From: an uncultured bacterium
GTDB taxonomy: Bacteria; Actinomycetota; Thermoleophilia; Solirubrobacterales; 70-9
Direction of reading: 5' to 3'
Length of the DNA: 64,000 nt
NCBI GenBank assembly: GCA_963695215.1
Contig: OY968768.1
Coordinates: 1,824,922 to 1,888,921 of the forward strand
The number at the start of each line of letters is the position of its first letter. Position 1 is the first letter of the stretch. The notes below the pieces were generated by a model that was not told where the DNA came from, did not search any database, and saw nothing but the letters and a program-made list of their open reading frames with translations. A program made the translations under genes and the position numbers. Shown here piece after piece: positions 1 to 8,092 of the stretch.

Positions 1-78
1 GAACTCGAAGTCGAGTCGATCGAGATCTCGCGACAGAGGCCGCCCCCAGCCGCAAACCCACTGAAAGGAGACGCCTGA
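1..78 (+). CDS. hypA: HypA-like hydrogenase nickel-insertion protein, last 25 codons only (gene begins upstream of window)
   Basis: Frame 1 is open from base 1 and reads ELEVESIEISRQRPPPAANPLKGDA*. TGA 76-78 overlaps the hypB ATG (TGATG), and a GAAAGGAG RBS sits at 63-70. Identity rests on position in front of hypB, not on motifs. Confidence 0.35.
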   Translation, partial: ELEVESIEISRQRPPPAANPLKGDA

Positions 79-760
79 TGCACCGCACAAAGATCAAGGT
101 TGCAGAGGACGCGCTTGACGCCAACCAGACGATCGCGCGGGCCAACCGCGACGACTTCGACCGCGAATGCGGTGCGCGTCGTGAACCTGATGAGCGCTCC
201 GGGCGCCGGCAAGACGACGCTGCTCGAGGCCTCGCTTCGCGATCTCACGACCTTCGGGTCGGAGTGCTCGAGGGCGATGTCCAGGGCTCCATGGACGCGG
301 ATCGGATCGCCCACCTCCACATCCCGGTCGTGCAGCTGAACACCGGCAACGGCTTCGGGGGCGAGTGCCACCTCGACGCCAACATGGTCCGCTCGGCGAT
401 CCCCGACCTCGACCTGTCGGCGATCGACCTGCTCGTGATCGAGAACGTCGGCAACCTGGTCTGCCCGGCCGAGTTCCGGGTCGGCGAGGATGTCCGCGCG
501 ATGATCACCTCGGTCACCGAGGGCGAGGACAAGCCGCTCAAGTACCCGCTCATGTTCCGCGCCTGCGAGCTGGTCGTGATCAACAAGGTCGACCTCCTGC
601 CGCACCTCGACTTCGATGTCGACCGCCTGCTCGCGAACATCGAGACGGTCAACCCCGGCGCGCCAGACGATGCTGGTCTCGGCCAAGACCGGCGAGGGCG
701 TCGACCAGTTCCGCGACTGGCTGCTCGGGCGTCCCGCAGCGCGCCGGGGCGGTCGCCTGA
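78..760 (+). pseudogene. hypB: HypB hydrogenase nickel-incorporation GTPase, reading frame interrupted as sequenced (at least 3 frame changes)
   Basis: HypB signatures are split over three frames. The N-terminus MHRTKIKVAEDALDANQTIARANRDDFDR is in the frame of 78. The P-loop VVNLMSAPGAGKTTLLEASLRDL is in the frame of ORF 100-339. The core RVGVLEGDVQGSMDADRI..LLVIENVGNLVCPAEF..ELVVINKVDLLPH is back in the frame of 78. The C-terminus MLVSAKTGEGVDQFRDWLL is in the frame of ORF 616. The stop position is uncertain. Confidence 0.8.
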
Positions 761-775
761 CGCGCGCCAGCACCG

Positions 776-2007
776 GCGCTCGCCGAGCGCCTGGACGAGC
801 TGACCGGGCTGCGGACCCAGGCCAACCAGGCGTTCTTCGACGCGCAAGCCGAGCCGCATCGCGCGCTGCTGCCATCGCATGGCGGAGCGCTTTGCGCGCG
901 GCGGCCGCCTGGTCGCCTTCGGGGCGACGCCCGTCTGCGCGCTCGGACGCCCGCCACGTCGCCGTCGAGTTCGTCCACCCGGTGATCGTCGGCAAGCGGG
1001 CGCTCCCGGCGATCGGCCTCGCGTCCGAGGGCGGCGACACTGGTTGCCGCAGGCGCGTGCCGTCTGCGAGCCGGACGACATCGCGATCGCGTTCGGCTGC
1101 GACGACCCCGTTGGAGCAGATGAAGCCCGTGAAGCGCTGGCGCGTTGCACGGGAAGTCGGTGCCCTGACAATCGCCTTCGGACGAGGACTCGGGCGCCGA
1201 GTGGGAGTTCGTGCCACCCGCTGGGGCTCGACCCGTTCGCCCGCCAGGAGCTTGTCGAGACTCACTACCACCTCCTGTGGGAGCTGGTTCACGTCTTCTT
1301 CGACCACCGCGGGCTCCTGGAGGGCCGCGAAGCACGCCAGGTCCACGACCCCGGAGCAGTCGAGCTTTCTGTACCCGTTTCTCTCCGAGTCTCAGACCGA
1401 CCTCGAGTCCGTGGTCGCCGACGTCCGCTCGTCGGTGCTCCTGAAGGCGGAGGAGATCGGCCAGCTCAGAGAGCAGACGCTCGCCGACAACCGCGACGCG
1501 CTCCTGGCGGCCGCCGTGGCTCTCAGGGGAGCCTTCGGCTCGGGCGGCCGCCTCCTCGCGTTCGGGAACGGCGGATCAGCCACCGACGCGATGGACGCGG
1601 CGGCCGACTTTCGCGCCTTGCTCCCCGATGGGTCGGGCGAACCGCGCCGCGCGATCGACCTCACCGAGGACACATCGATCATCACCGCGATCGCGAACGA
1701 CGTCGGCGTGGAGGAGATCTTCCAGCGCCAGGTGATCGCTCACGGGCGCGCGGGCGACGCCGCCCTCGCTCTGTCGACCAGCGGCAACTCGCTCAACATC
1801 ATCGACGCCCTCGCCGAGGCTCGGCGTCGTGACATGCTCACGATCGCCATGGTTGGCTACGACGGCGGCCGCATCGCTCAAGACTCGCTTGCCGACCACG
1901 TGATCGTGACTCGCTCTCAGCACATCCCGCGGATTCAGGAAGCGCAGGCCTGGGCGTACCACGTGCTCCGAGAGCTGGTCGAGGCGCCGGAGCTCGCCCC
2001 GACGTGA
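776..2007 (+). pseudogene. tandem SIS-domain (GmhA/phosphosugar-isomerase-like) protein of the hyp cluster, first module frameshifted
   Basis: First module fragments MAERFARGGRLVAFG, HVAVEFVHPVIVGKRALPAIGL and HLLWELVHVFFDH lie in different frames between about 870 and 1330. The second module is intact (GGRLLAFGNGGSATDAMDAAADF..ALSTSGNSLNIIDAL..MVGYDGG). TGA 2005-2007 overlaps the hypF GTG (GTGA). The start is not resolved. Confidence 0.65.
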
Positions 2008-4307
2008 GCGCGCCCGTGCGCCGGGTGAGGATCAGGGTCACCGGGGTCGTTCAGGGAGTTGGCTTTCGGCCGTTCGTCTACCGGGAGGCGCTCGACCTCG
2101 GGCTGGCCGGCTTTGTCCTGAACGACGAGCACGGCGTGGTCGTGGAAGCGGAGGGCGACGTCTCCGACGTGGGGGAGCTGGTTCGGAGACTCGAAGCGCA
2201 CGCTCCACCCCTGGCCGAGGTTGAGTCGGTGTGCGCGCGATCGGCGGAGGTCGTGGGCGAGACGGGCTTCCGCATCGAGAAGTCCGAGATCGGAGATCCC
2301 CCTGACGCGCTGGTCTCACCCGACATGGCGACCTGCGACGCGTGCCTGGCGGAGCTCTCCGATCCGGACAACCGGCGGTATCGGTACCCGTTCATCAATT
2401 GCACTGACTGCGGCCCGCGCTTTTCGATCATCAGGGGAGTGCCGTACGACCGGCCGCTCACGACGATGGCCGGATTCGAGATGTGCAGCGCTTGCCAGGC
2501 CGAGTACGAGGACCCGCTCGACCGGCGCTTTCACGCGCAGCCGAATGCATGCCCGGATTGCGGTCCGCAAGCTCGGCTCATCCGCCCTGACGGCAGCGAG
2601 GTGGAAGGCGACGGCGATGCTGTGGCGCTGGCTGCGGTCTTGCTGCAGGCGGGCCAGATCGTGGCGGTCAAGGGAATCGGCGGGTACCACCTGGCCTGTG
2701 ACGCGGCAAGCGAGCGGGCGGTCGAGACCCTGCGGGCGCGAAAGGTGCGCGAGGACAAGCCGTTCGCACTGATGGCGCCCGACCTGCAAACGACCCAAGC
2801 GCTTGCCGAGCTGACCGATACCGAGCTGGAGATCATGTGCGGGATGGAGCGTCCGATCGTGATCGCGAGGCGCGCTGCGGATGCGCCAGTCGCTGGCGCG
2901 GTCGCTCCCGGGTCGGCTGACATCGGGGTGATGCTCCCTTACGCGCCTCTCCAGCACATCCTGTTGAAGGACTTCGGCAGCACCCTCGTCATGACGTCCG
3001 CAAACCTGTCTGACGAGCCGATCGCGTACGTCGACGAAGACGCGCGACATCGCGTCGGAGGCATCGCCGACGCCCTCCTTGTCCACGATCGCCCGATTCA
3101 CATGCGCACCGATGACTCGGTATTGCGATCGCTCGCATCCGGTTCGCCCCTGACGCTGCGTCGATCTCGCGGCTACGTCCCGCGCTCCGTGGCGCTCACC
3201 GGAGAGGTGGCGCCCGTGCTCGCGTGCGGCGCAGAGCTCAAGAGCGTGTTCTGCGTCGCCAAAGGCCATCGGGCCTGGCCCTCACATCACGTCGGCGATC
3301 TCAAGAACTGGGAGACGCTCGAGTCGTTCCGGGCCGGTGTCGATCACTTCGAGCGGGTCTTCGCGGTCGAGCCCGAGCTCATCGTGCACGACCTCCATCC
3401 CGACTACCTCTCGACGCGCTACGCGATGGAGCGTGCGGAGCAGGAGGGGCTTCCGCTGCTCGGCGTTCAGCACCACCACGCGCACTTTGCGGCCTGCCTG
3501 TCCGAGCACGCGGAAACGGGCCGGGCGCTGGGTGCGATCTTCGACGGCACGGGCTACGGGCCCGACGGAACGGTCTGGGGCGGTGAGTTCCTGGCGGGGA
3601 CAATGGCGAACGCAGATCGCGTGGGAATGCTGATGCCGGTGCGTCTACCGGGCGGCGATCGCGCGGTGCTTGAACCGTGGCGCATGGCCGCTTCATGGCT
3701 CACGCACGCGTTCGATGCCGATCACCCCCCGATCCCGGTGGCGCTTCGCTCGTCGGTTGCGTTGAAAGAGTGGGAGGCCGTTTGCGGGATTGTCCAGACG
3801 GGCGCGGCCTCGCCGCTTACGACCAGCGTGGGCCGCCTCTTCGACGCCGTGTCCGCGCTGTGCGGCATCCGGGGGCGCGTCAACTACGAAGGCCAGGCAG
3901 CCGCCGAGCTCGAGGGTGTGGCCGACCAGAGCGAAGGCGGCGCGTACAGAGTCGATATCGAAGGGGGAGGCGATGCGCCCCTTCTCATCGATCCCCGTGC
4001 GGCAGTCCGCGAGCTCACCGCCGAACTCGAATCTGGCGTCTCGCCTGGAGTGGTGAGCGCGCGGTTCCACAACGGCTTCGCTGAGGCGACCGCCAAGGCG
4101 TGCGAGCGGGCGTGCGCGGAACTCGGCCTCGGCACGGTCGCGCTGGCCGGTGGCGTGTTCCAGAACCGCCTACTCGCGGAAGCGACCTCGGATGGCCTTG
4201 GGCAAGCCGGCCTGCGGGTCCTCACCCCGGTGGCAATGCCTCCGAACGACGGTGCGATTTCGTACGGACAGGTTGCGGTGGCGGCGGCTCGAGGCCGTGA
4301 GGAATAG
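2004..4307 (+). CDS. hypF: HypF carbamoyltransferase (hydrogenase maturation)
   Basis: Intact 767-aa ORF. It has an acylphosphatase-like N-terminus (VRIRVTGVVQGVGFRPFV) and two zinc-finger pairs (CDACLAEL..CTDCGPRF and CSACQAEY..CPDCGPQ). It also has a YrdC-like segment (VKGIGGYHLACDA) and a long Kae1-like C-terminal domain. Confidence 0.95.
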   Translation: MSAPVRRVRIRVTGVVQGVGFRPFVYREALDLGLAGFVLNDEHGVVVEAEGDVSDVGELVRRLEAHAPPLAEVESVCARSAEVVGETGFRIEKSEIGDPPDALVSPDMATCDACLAELSDPDNRRYRYPFINCTDCGPRFSIIRGVPYDRPLTTMAGFEMCSACQAEYEDPLDRRFHAQPNACPDCGPQARLIRPDGSEVEGDGDAVALAAVLLQAGQIVAVKGIGGYHLACDAASERAVETLRARKVREDKPFALMAPDLQTTQALAELTDTELEIMCGMERPIVIARRAADAPVAGAVAPGSADIGVMLPYAPLQHILLKDFGSTLVMTSANLSDEPIAYVDEDARHRVGGIADALLVHDRPIHMRTDDSVLRSLASGSPLTLRRSRGYVPRSVALTGEVAPVLACGAELKSVFCVAKGHRAWPSHHVGDLKNWETLESFRAGVDHFERVFAVEPELIVHDLHPDYLSTRYAMERAEQEGLPLLGVQHHHAHFAACLSEHAETGRALGAIFDGTGYGPDGTVWGGEFLAGTMANADRVGMLMPVRLPGGDRAVLEPWRMAASWLTHAFDADHPPIPVALRSSVALKEWEAVCGIVQTGAASPLTTSVGRLFDAVSALCGIRGRVNYEGQAAAELEGVADQSEGGAYRVDIEGGGDAPLLIDPRAAVRELTAELESGVSPGVVSARFHNGFAEATAKACERACAELGLGTVALAGGVFQNRLLAEATSDGLGQAGLRVLTPVAMPPNDGAISYGQVAVAAARGREE

Positions 4308-4313
4308 CTCGCG

Positions 4314-5054
4314 TCAGGTAAGCCCGGCGTACCAGAGGCCGAAGACCATCCCAAACACCCCGAGGGCGGGAATCAGAACCGAACGGAAGACCGGCTCCAC
4401 CATCGGCCGGGTGAGAACCCAGGCGAAGACTGCGGTGCACGCGGCCATCGAGAGCACCGACATCGGCGCGAAGACCGCGAGGGCGGCGGCCGCTTCGAGC
4501 TGGCCTGGTAGCGCCGCGATCAGCAGGAGGACGATCGCCCCCGTGCCCGCCAGGCCGTGGAGAACGCCGATCATGAATGCCTGACGAGGGGTCCTCGGGC
4601 GGTCGTGGGGATGAGTTCCACCCTCGTGGAGGTGGCGGTGTGAGCGCGTCCCGTCCTCGTGAACGTGAGAGGTGGCCCGGTAGTCGCCCCGCGTCCACTT
4701 CAGGAGAACTCGCAACGCGAGAATCAGAATGACCACTCCAACGGCCTTCTCCGCTCCCGACTCCAGCCAGGCCGGAAGGCTGCCTTTGAGGGCGATGAGC
4801 GGTAGGCCGATCACGAGAAGCGTCGACGCGTGGCCCGCCCCCCACCACGCGCCAAGGCGAGCGGCTGCCCGCGTGTCGGGATCGTCGGCGGCGACAAGCG
4901 AAGTAACCGCAACCAGGTGATCGGGATCCGAGGCGTGGCGCAGGCCCAGGAGAAAGGCGATTCCCAGCGCGACGAGGAGAGGTGCGCCCTCGAAGAGATG
5001 GGTAAGTGACTCGTCGAGCTGCTCAAACGGGGAATAGAGGAAGTCGAAGCTCAC
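4314..5054 (-). CDS. NicO/HoxN-type nickel/cobalt transporter
   Basis: Polytopic membrane protein with LGLRHASDPDHLVAV (the H-x4-DH transporter signature) and a His-rich loop HVHEDGTRSHRHLHEGGTHPH. I place the start at GTG 5054 because it forms a GTGA overlap with the Fur-family stop. The longest ORF would start at 5084. Confidence 0.7.
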   Translation of the reverse strand: MSFDFLYSPFEQLDESLTHLFEGAPLLVALGIAFLLGLRHASDPDHLVAVTSLVAADDPDTRAAARLGAWWGAGHASTLLVIGLPLIALKGSLPAWLESGAEKAVGVVILILALRVLLKWTRGDYRATSHVHEDGTRSHRHLHEGGTHPHDRPRTPRQAFMIGVLHGLAGTGAIVLLLIAALPGQLEAAAALAVFAPMSVLSMAACTAVFAWVLTRPMVEPVFRSVLIPALGVFGMVFGLWYAGLT

Positions 5055-5512
5055 GGTCGATGCGCGTTCGAGCACTCGGGGCACAGGCCCACGATCGGGA
5101 AGTGGGAGAAGGCCGCTTCGAACCCGAACCGCTCCCGAACTACCGAGCGCACCGCCTCGAGCTGGTCCGAGTCAGCGGCCACGCGGTTGCCGCACTGGTC
5201 GCATACGACGTAGCCGTCGGCAAACGAGCCGGCGAGTGCGTACAGGCCAGGGCCGTGGCCGAGGTGGACGTGCCGGACGAGGCCGATCGCTTCAAGCCGT
5301 TCGAGGTTGCGGTAGACGGACGCGACATCCGTCCCGGCCCCCTCGTGCTCGGCTGCCAGCTCCTCCGCCGTACGAGGTCCGTCCGCCGAGAACAACGCTT
5401 CGAGGAGAAGCCGCCGAGCGGAGGAGAGCCGCATCCCGTGCTCCCTGACGGCTGCCTTTGCTTCGGCGAGGTCGCGGGCGACGAGGGGCGGCGCGGGGTG
5501 GCTTGAAGTCAC
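5051..5512 (-). CDS. Fur-family metalloregulator (Nur-like by context)
   Basis: Winged-helix segment RLSSARRLLLEALFSADGPRTAEELAAE..VASVYRNLERLEAIGLV, then HVHLGHG, then Cys pairs CDQCG and CPEC. GTG 5512 is preferred as the start (GAAGGA lies 12 nt upstream and it leaves an AT-richer leader). TTG 5581 is the alternative. Confidence 0.8.
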   Translation of the reverse strand: MTSSHPAPPLVARDLAEAKAAVREHGMRLSSARRLLLEALFSADGPRTAEELAAEHEGAGTDVASVYRNLERLEAIGLVRHVHLGHGPGLYALAGSFADGYVVCDQCGNRVAADSDQLEAVRSVVRERFGFEAAFSHFPIVGLCPECSNAHRP

Positions 5513-5532
5513 GTGTTGCGTGTGTCCTTCAA

Positions 5533-5549
5533 CTGCGACTTCATTGCAA
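5533..5549 (-). promoter_or_regulatory. candidate Nur/Fur-type operator CTGCGA-N5-TTGCAA
   Basis: The plus strand reads aaCTGCGActtcaTTGCAAttgaca in the AT-richer leader of the Fur-family gene. It resembles the TTGCAA-N5-TTGCAA Nur box as I recall it (4/6 + 6/6). It counts as a leader site only if the regulator starts at 5512. Confidence 0.3.
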
Positions 5550-5557
5550 TTGACACT

Positions 5558-5572
5558 ATCCCTGGCAGGGAT
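5558..5572. repeat. perfect 15-bp palindrome ATCCCTG-G-CAGGGAT
   Basis: Read directly from the sequence. It lies 6 nt downstream of the stop of ORF 5578-5880 and upstream of the Fur-family gene. It could be an operator or a short terminator stem. Confidence 0.4.
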
Positions 5573-5577
5573 CCGAG

Positions 5578-5880
5578 TCAACCCCTGACGCCCTCGACCA
5601 TCCCTTCAGGGGGAGGGATCACCCAGAGGCGCTCCGCATAGGTGAGGATCGTCTCGGGTTCGAGGTCCCGCACCGCTGTCGCCTCGGCCCGTTCCATCTC
5701 GGCGATCAGGAGCTTCCAGGCGTACGCGACCTTCGCGACGCGCTGAAGGGGCCCCCACGTTCCAACATCCGAAAGACGCTCCGCCTGCACCTGGGCATTC
5801 TCGACGGTCACGTCGCCGAATGGGATTCCAGAACCGCCGATGTCGACCTTGGAGGCGAGTGCCCGGTCCAGCCGCGCCAT
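5578..5880 (-). CDS. hypothetical protein (100 aa)
   Basis: Open frame MARLDRALASKVDIGGSGIPFGDVTVENAQVQAERLSDVGTWGPLQRVAKVAYAWKLLIAEMERAEATAVRDLEPETILTYAERLWVIPPPEGMVEGVRG between purN and the Fur-family gene. No motif recognised. The start is taken as ATG 5880 because the longer ORF would overlap purN. Confidence 0.45.
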   Translation of the reverse strand: MARLDRALASKVDIGGSGIPFGDVTVENAQVQAERLSDVGTWGPLQRVAKVAYAWKLLIAEMERAEATAVRDLEPETILTYAERLWVIPPPEGMVEGVRG

Positions 5881-5890
5881 ATCGGGCTTC

Positions 5891-6520
5891 TCACTCACCG
5901 GCGACGAGGACGACTCGCGGGTTGGCGGGATCGACGGAGATCCTGCCTGCGCCAAGCATGCGGATCGCTTCCGGTAGCAGGGCGTGTTCGGTCCTGTGGA
6001 TCGCATCCTCGAGCGCCGCTCGGTCTCGGTTCGGCGGAATCGGCACTGGCCGCTGCAGAATCACGGGGCCGGTGTCAACCCCGTCGTCGACGAAGTGCAC
6101 GGTCACGCCGGTGATCTGGACGCCGTGGTCGAGCGCCTGGCCGATCGCGTCGAGTCCCGGGAAGGAGGGGAGCAGCGCCGGATGGACGTTGATGATCCGG
6201 TTCGGCCACCGGGCGATGAACTCGGGCGAGAGCAGCTGCATGTATCCCGCGAGGACCACGAGATCGACGCTCAGCTCCTCGAGCCAGTCGCCGACGGCGG
6301 CGTCCCTCGAAGCACGGTTGTCGAATCCGTCGCGGGGGAAGCACTCGGCCGCGATTCCCGCGTCAGTTGCGCGGTCGAGCGCCATGGCGCCGGGCTTGTC
6401 CGACGCGACCGCGACGACCTCGATTCCATCTCGGCCGTGGACGGTGTCGAGAATCGCCTGGAGGTTGGTGCCGGTGCCTGAAGCAAGGACCGCAACTCGG
6501 AAGGGCTTCATCGGACTCAT
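5891..6520 (-). CDS. purN: phosphoribosylglycinamide formyltransferase
   Basis: MSPMKPFRVAVLASGTGTNLQAIL..LVVLAGYMQLLSPEF..RIINVHPALLPSFPGLDA..GVTVHFVDDGVDTGPVI. ATG 6520 lies 1 nt after the recQ stop. The upstream part of ORF 5891-7096 is an out-of-frame overlap with recQ. Confidence 0.92.
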   Translation of the reverse strand: MSPMKPFRVAVLASGTGTNLQAILDTVHGRDGIEVVAVASDKPGAMALDRATDAGIAAECFPRDGFDNRASRDAAVGDWLEELSVDLVVLAGYMQLLSPEFIARWPNRIINVHPALLPSFPGLDAIGQALDHGVQITGVTVHFVDDGVDTGPVILQRPVPIPPNRDRAALEDAIHRTEHALLPEAIRMLGAGRISVDPANPRVVLVAGE

Positions 6521-6521
6521 T

Positions 6522-8051
6522 TCAAGCGGCGAGCTCGAGCTTCGGGAACTTGCCGCCGGTGGATCGCAAGGTGCCGGCGGCGAGTAGCGCGTCGACCTCG
6601 CCCAGGATCTCGTCGGCACGCCAGTCGTTGAAGTCGCCGTAGCCGGGAAGCTCGTCGTAGGCGTATTTGGCCACGACCTTTGAGCGCCCGCCGCGCAGGA
6701 TCTCGACGGCGCGAGTGCGCCCGACCGATGGGGACGCCTCCTCCACGACGCGCAGGATCGCGTCACGTACATCGCCGCCACCCTCGGATCGCGAGCCCGC
6801 ATGCGCCGGTTGGCGGGCGGCTGTGCCAAGCGACGCGAGTACATCGAGCGGCCCATCGCAAACGTCGCAACAGCGACCGCTCGACACGGCCTCCGTCCGG
6901 TCGCCGAAGTGACGGAGGATCGCGACGCGCCGGCAGCCCTCGCCCTCGACGAACCCCCACACGGCTCTGTATTGAGCCCAGCGATTCGATTTCGCCTCGT
7001 CGCCGTCGGTCTGGTTGATGAAGAACACGTGGAGTCCCTTGTCCTGCCCCGAGGCGAGAAGAACGCACCGGGAGGGCAAGCCGTCGCGACCGGCACGCCC
7101 TGCCTCCTGGTAATACGCCTCGAGCGAGGAGGGCACCGCCTCGTGGATCACGGTTCGCACGTCGGCCTTGTCGACGCCCATGCCGAATGCATTTGTCGCG
7201 ACCACTACCGGCGCCTCGCCCGACATGAACGAGCGCTGCGCCTCGGCGCGCTCCTCGCGTTCCATTCCCGCGTGGTAGGAGGGGACGTGGCGCCCCAGTT
7301 CTTGCGAGAGTCGCTTCGCGGTGGCGTCCGTGCGCTTGCGCGTGCCCGAGTACACGATCGCGGGTAGCGCATCGGGCTCAGACAGGAGAGCGGACACCGC
7401 GCGATCGCGTGCCCGCTCGCCCTGGATCGGGACCACGTCGTAGGAGAGGTTCGGGCGCTCGAAGCCGGTGGCGATCCGGACGGGGTCACGCAGCCCGAGC
7501 CGGCCGATGATGTCGAGGGCAACGCGCGGCGTCGCCGTGGCTGTCGCGGCGAATATCGACCGAACCCCGAGACGCTCGGCGATCTCCCCGAGGCGAAAGT
7601 ACTCGGGGCGGAAGTCATGGCCCCACTGGCTCACGCAGTGGGCCTCGTCGACGACGAAGAGGCCGACCTGTCCTTTCAGTTTCTCGCCTATGCCCGGCGC
7701 CCAGAAACGCTCAGGAGCGACGTAGAGCATCTTTGCTTCGCCTGCGAGGGCGCGCCGGAGCGACTCCGAGTTCTCCGCGCTGGTCCGCTGGGCGTTGATC
7801 AGCTCGGCGCGATCGCCCAGTCCATCAACCTGGTCCTGCATCAGCGACACGAGGGGCGAGACGACGACCGTCAGCTTCTCGTCGTCCTCCAGCGCGGGGA
7901 GCTGGTAGCAGAGCGACTTGCCGGCACCCGTGGGCATGACAACCAGGGCGTCCTTCCCGGCCATCGCCGCTTCTACCGCCGCCTGCTGGCCGCGGCGAAA
8001 GCCGGGATGGCCGAAGTGGCGGTGAAGTGCTTCGTTGGCTGAGTCCGTCAC
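6522..8051 (-). CDS. recQ: RecQ-family ATP-dependent DNA helicase
   Basis: Intact 509-aa ORF with FGHPGFRRGQQAAVEA, Walker A VVMPTGAGKSLCYQLPAL, DEAH box VVDEAHCVSQWGHDFRPEY, and helicase C motifs (ATNAFGMGVDKADVRTVIH, QEAGRAGRDG). Confidence 0.9.
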   Translation of the reverse strand: MTDSANEALHRHFGHPGFRRGQQAAVEAAMAGKDALVVMPTGAGKSLCYQLPALEDDEKLTVVVSPLVSLMQDQVDGLGDRAELINAQRTSAENSESLRRALAGEAKMLYVAPERFWAPGIGEKLKGQVGLFVVDEAHCVSQWGHDFRPEYFRLGEIAERLGVRSIFAATATATPRVALDIIGRLGLRDPVRIATGFERPNLSYDVVPIQGERARDRAVSALLSEPDALPAIVYSGTRKRTDATAKRLSQELGRHVPSYHAGMEREERAEAQRSFMSGEAPVVVATNAFGMGVDKADVRTVIHEAVPSSLEAYYQEAGRAGRDGLPSRCVLLASGQDKGLHVFFINQTDGDEAKSNRWAQYRAVWGFVEGEGCRRVAILRHFGDRTEAVSSGRCCDVCDGPLDVLASLGTAARQPAHAGSRSEGGGDVRDAILRVVEEASPSVGRTRAVEILRGGRSKVVAKYAYDELPGYGDFNDWRADEILGEVDALLAAGTLRSTGGKFPKLELAA

Positions 8052-8092
8052 CCCATGATCATGGCCGACCGGCCGGCGATTCGCCCCACCGG

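Noticed and set aside
245-3269. Minus-strand ORFs of 308 aa, 228 aa and 317 aa opposite hypB, the SIS gene and hypF
   Set aside because: They are antisense to recognisable genes, and their translations are dominated by Arg/Ser/Pro/Ala runs with no motifs.
5891-7096. Long ORFs whose 5' parts extend far beyond the recognisable protein (5891-7096, 31567-33198, 58108-59739, 26874-28115, 616-2007)
   Set aside because: In each case only part of the ORF matches a protein family (purN, purE plus a purD segment, EEP, the GT-A-like tail, SIS). The remainder is out-of-frame or antisense overlap with a neighbouring real gene, so I trimmed or split them.
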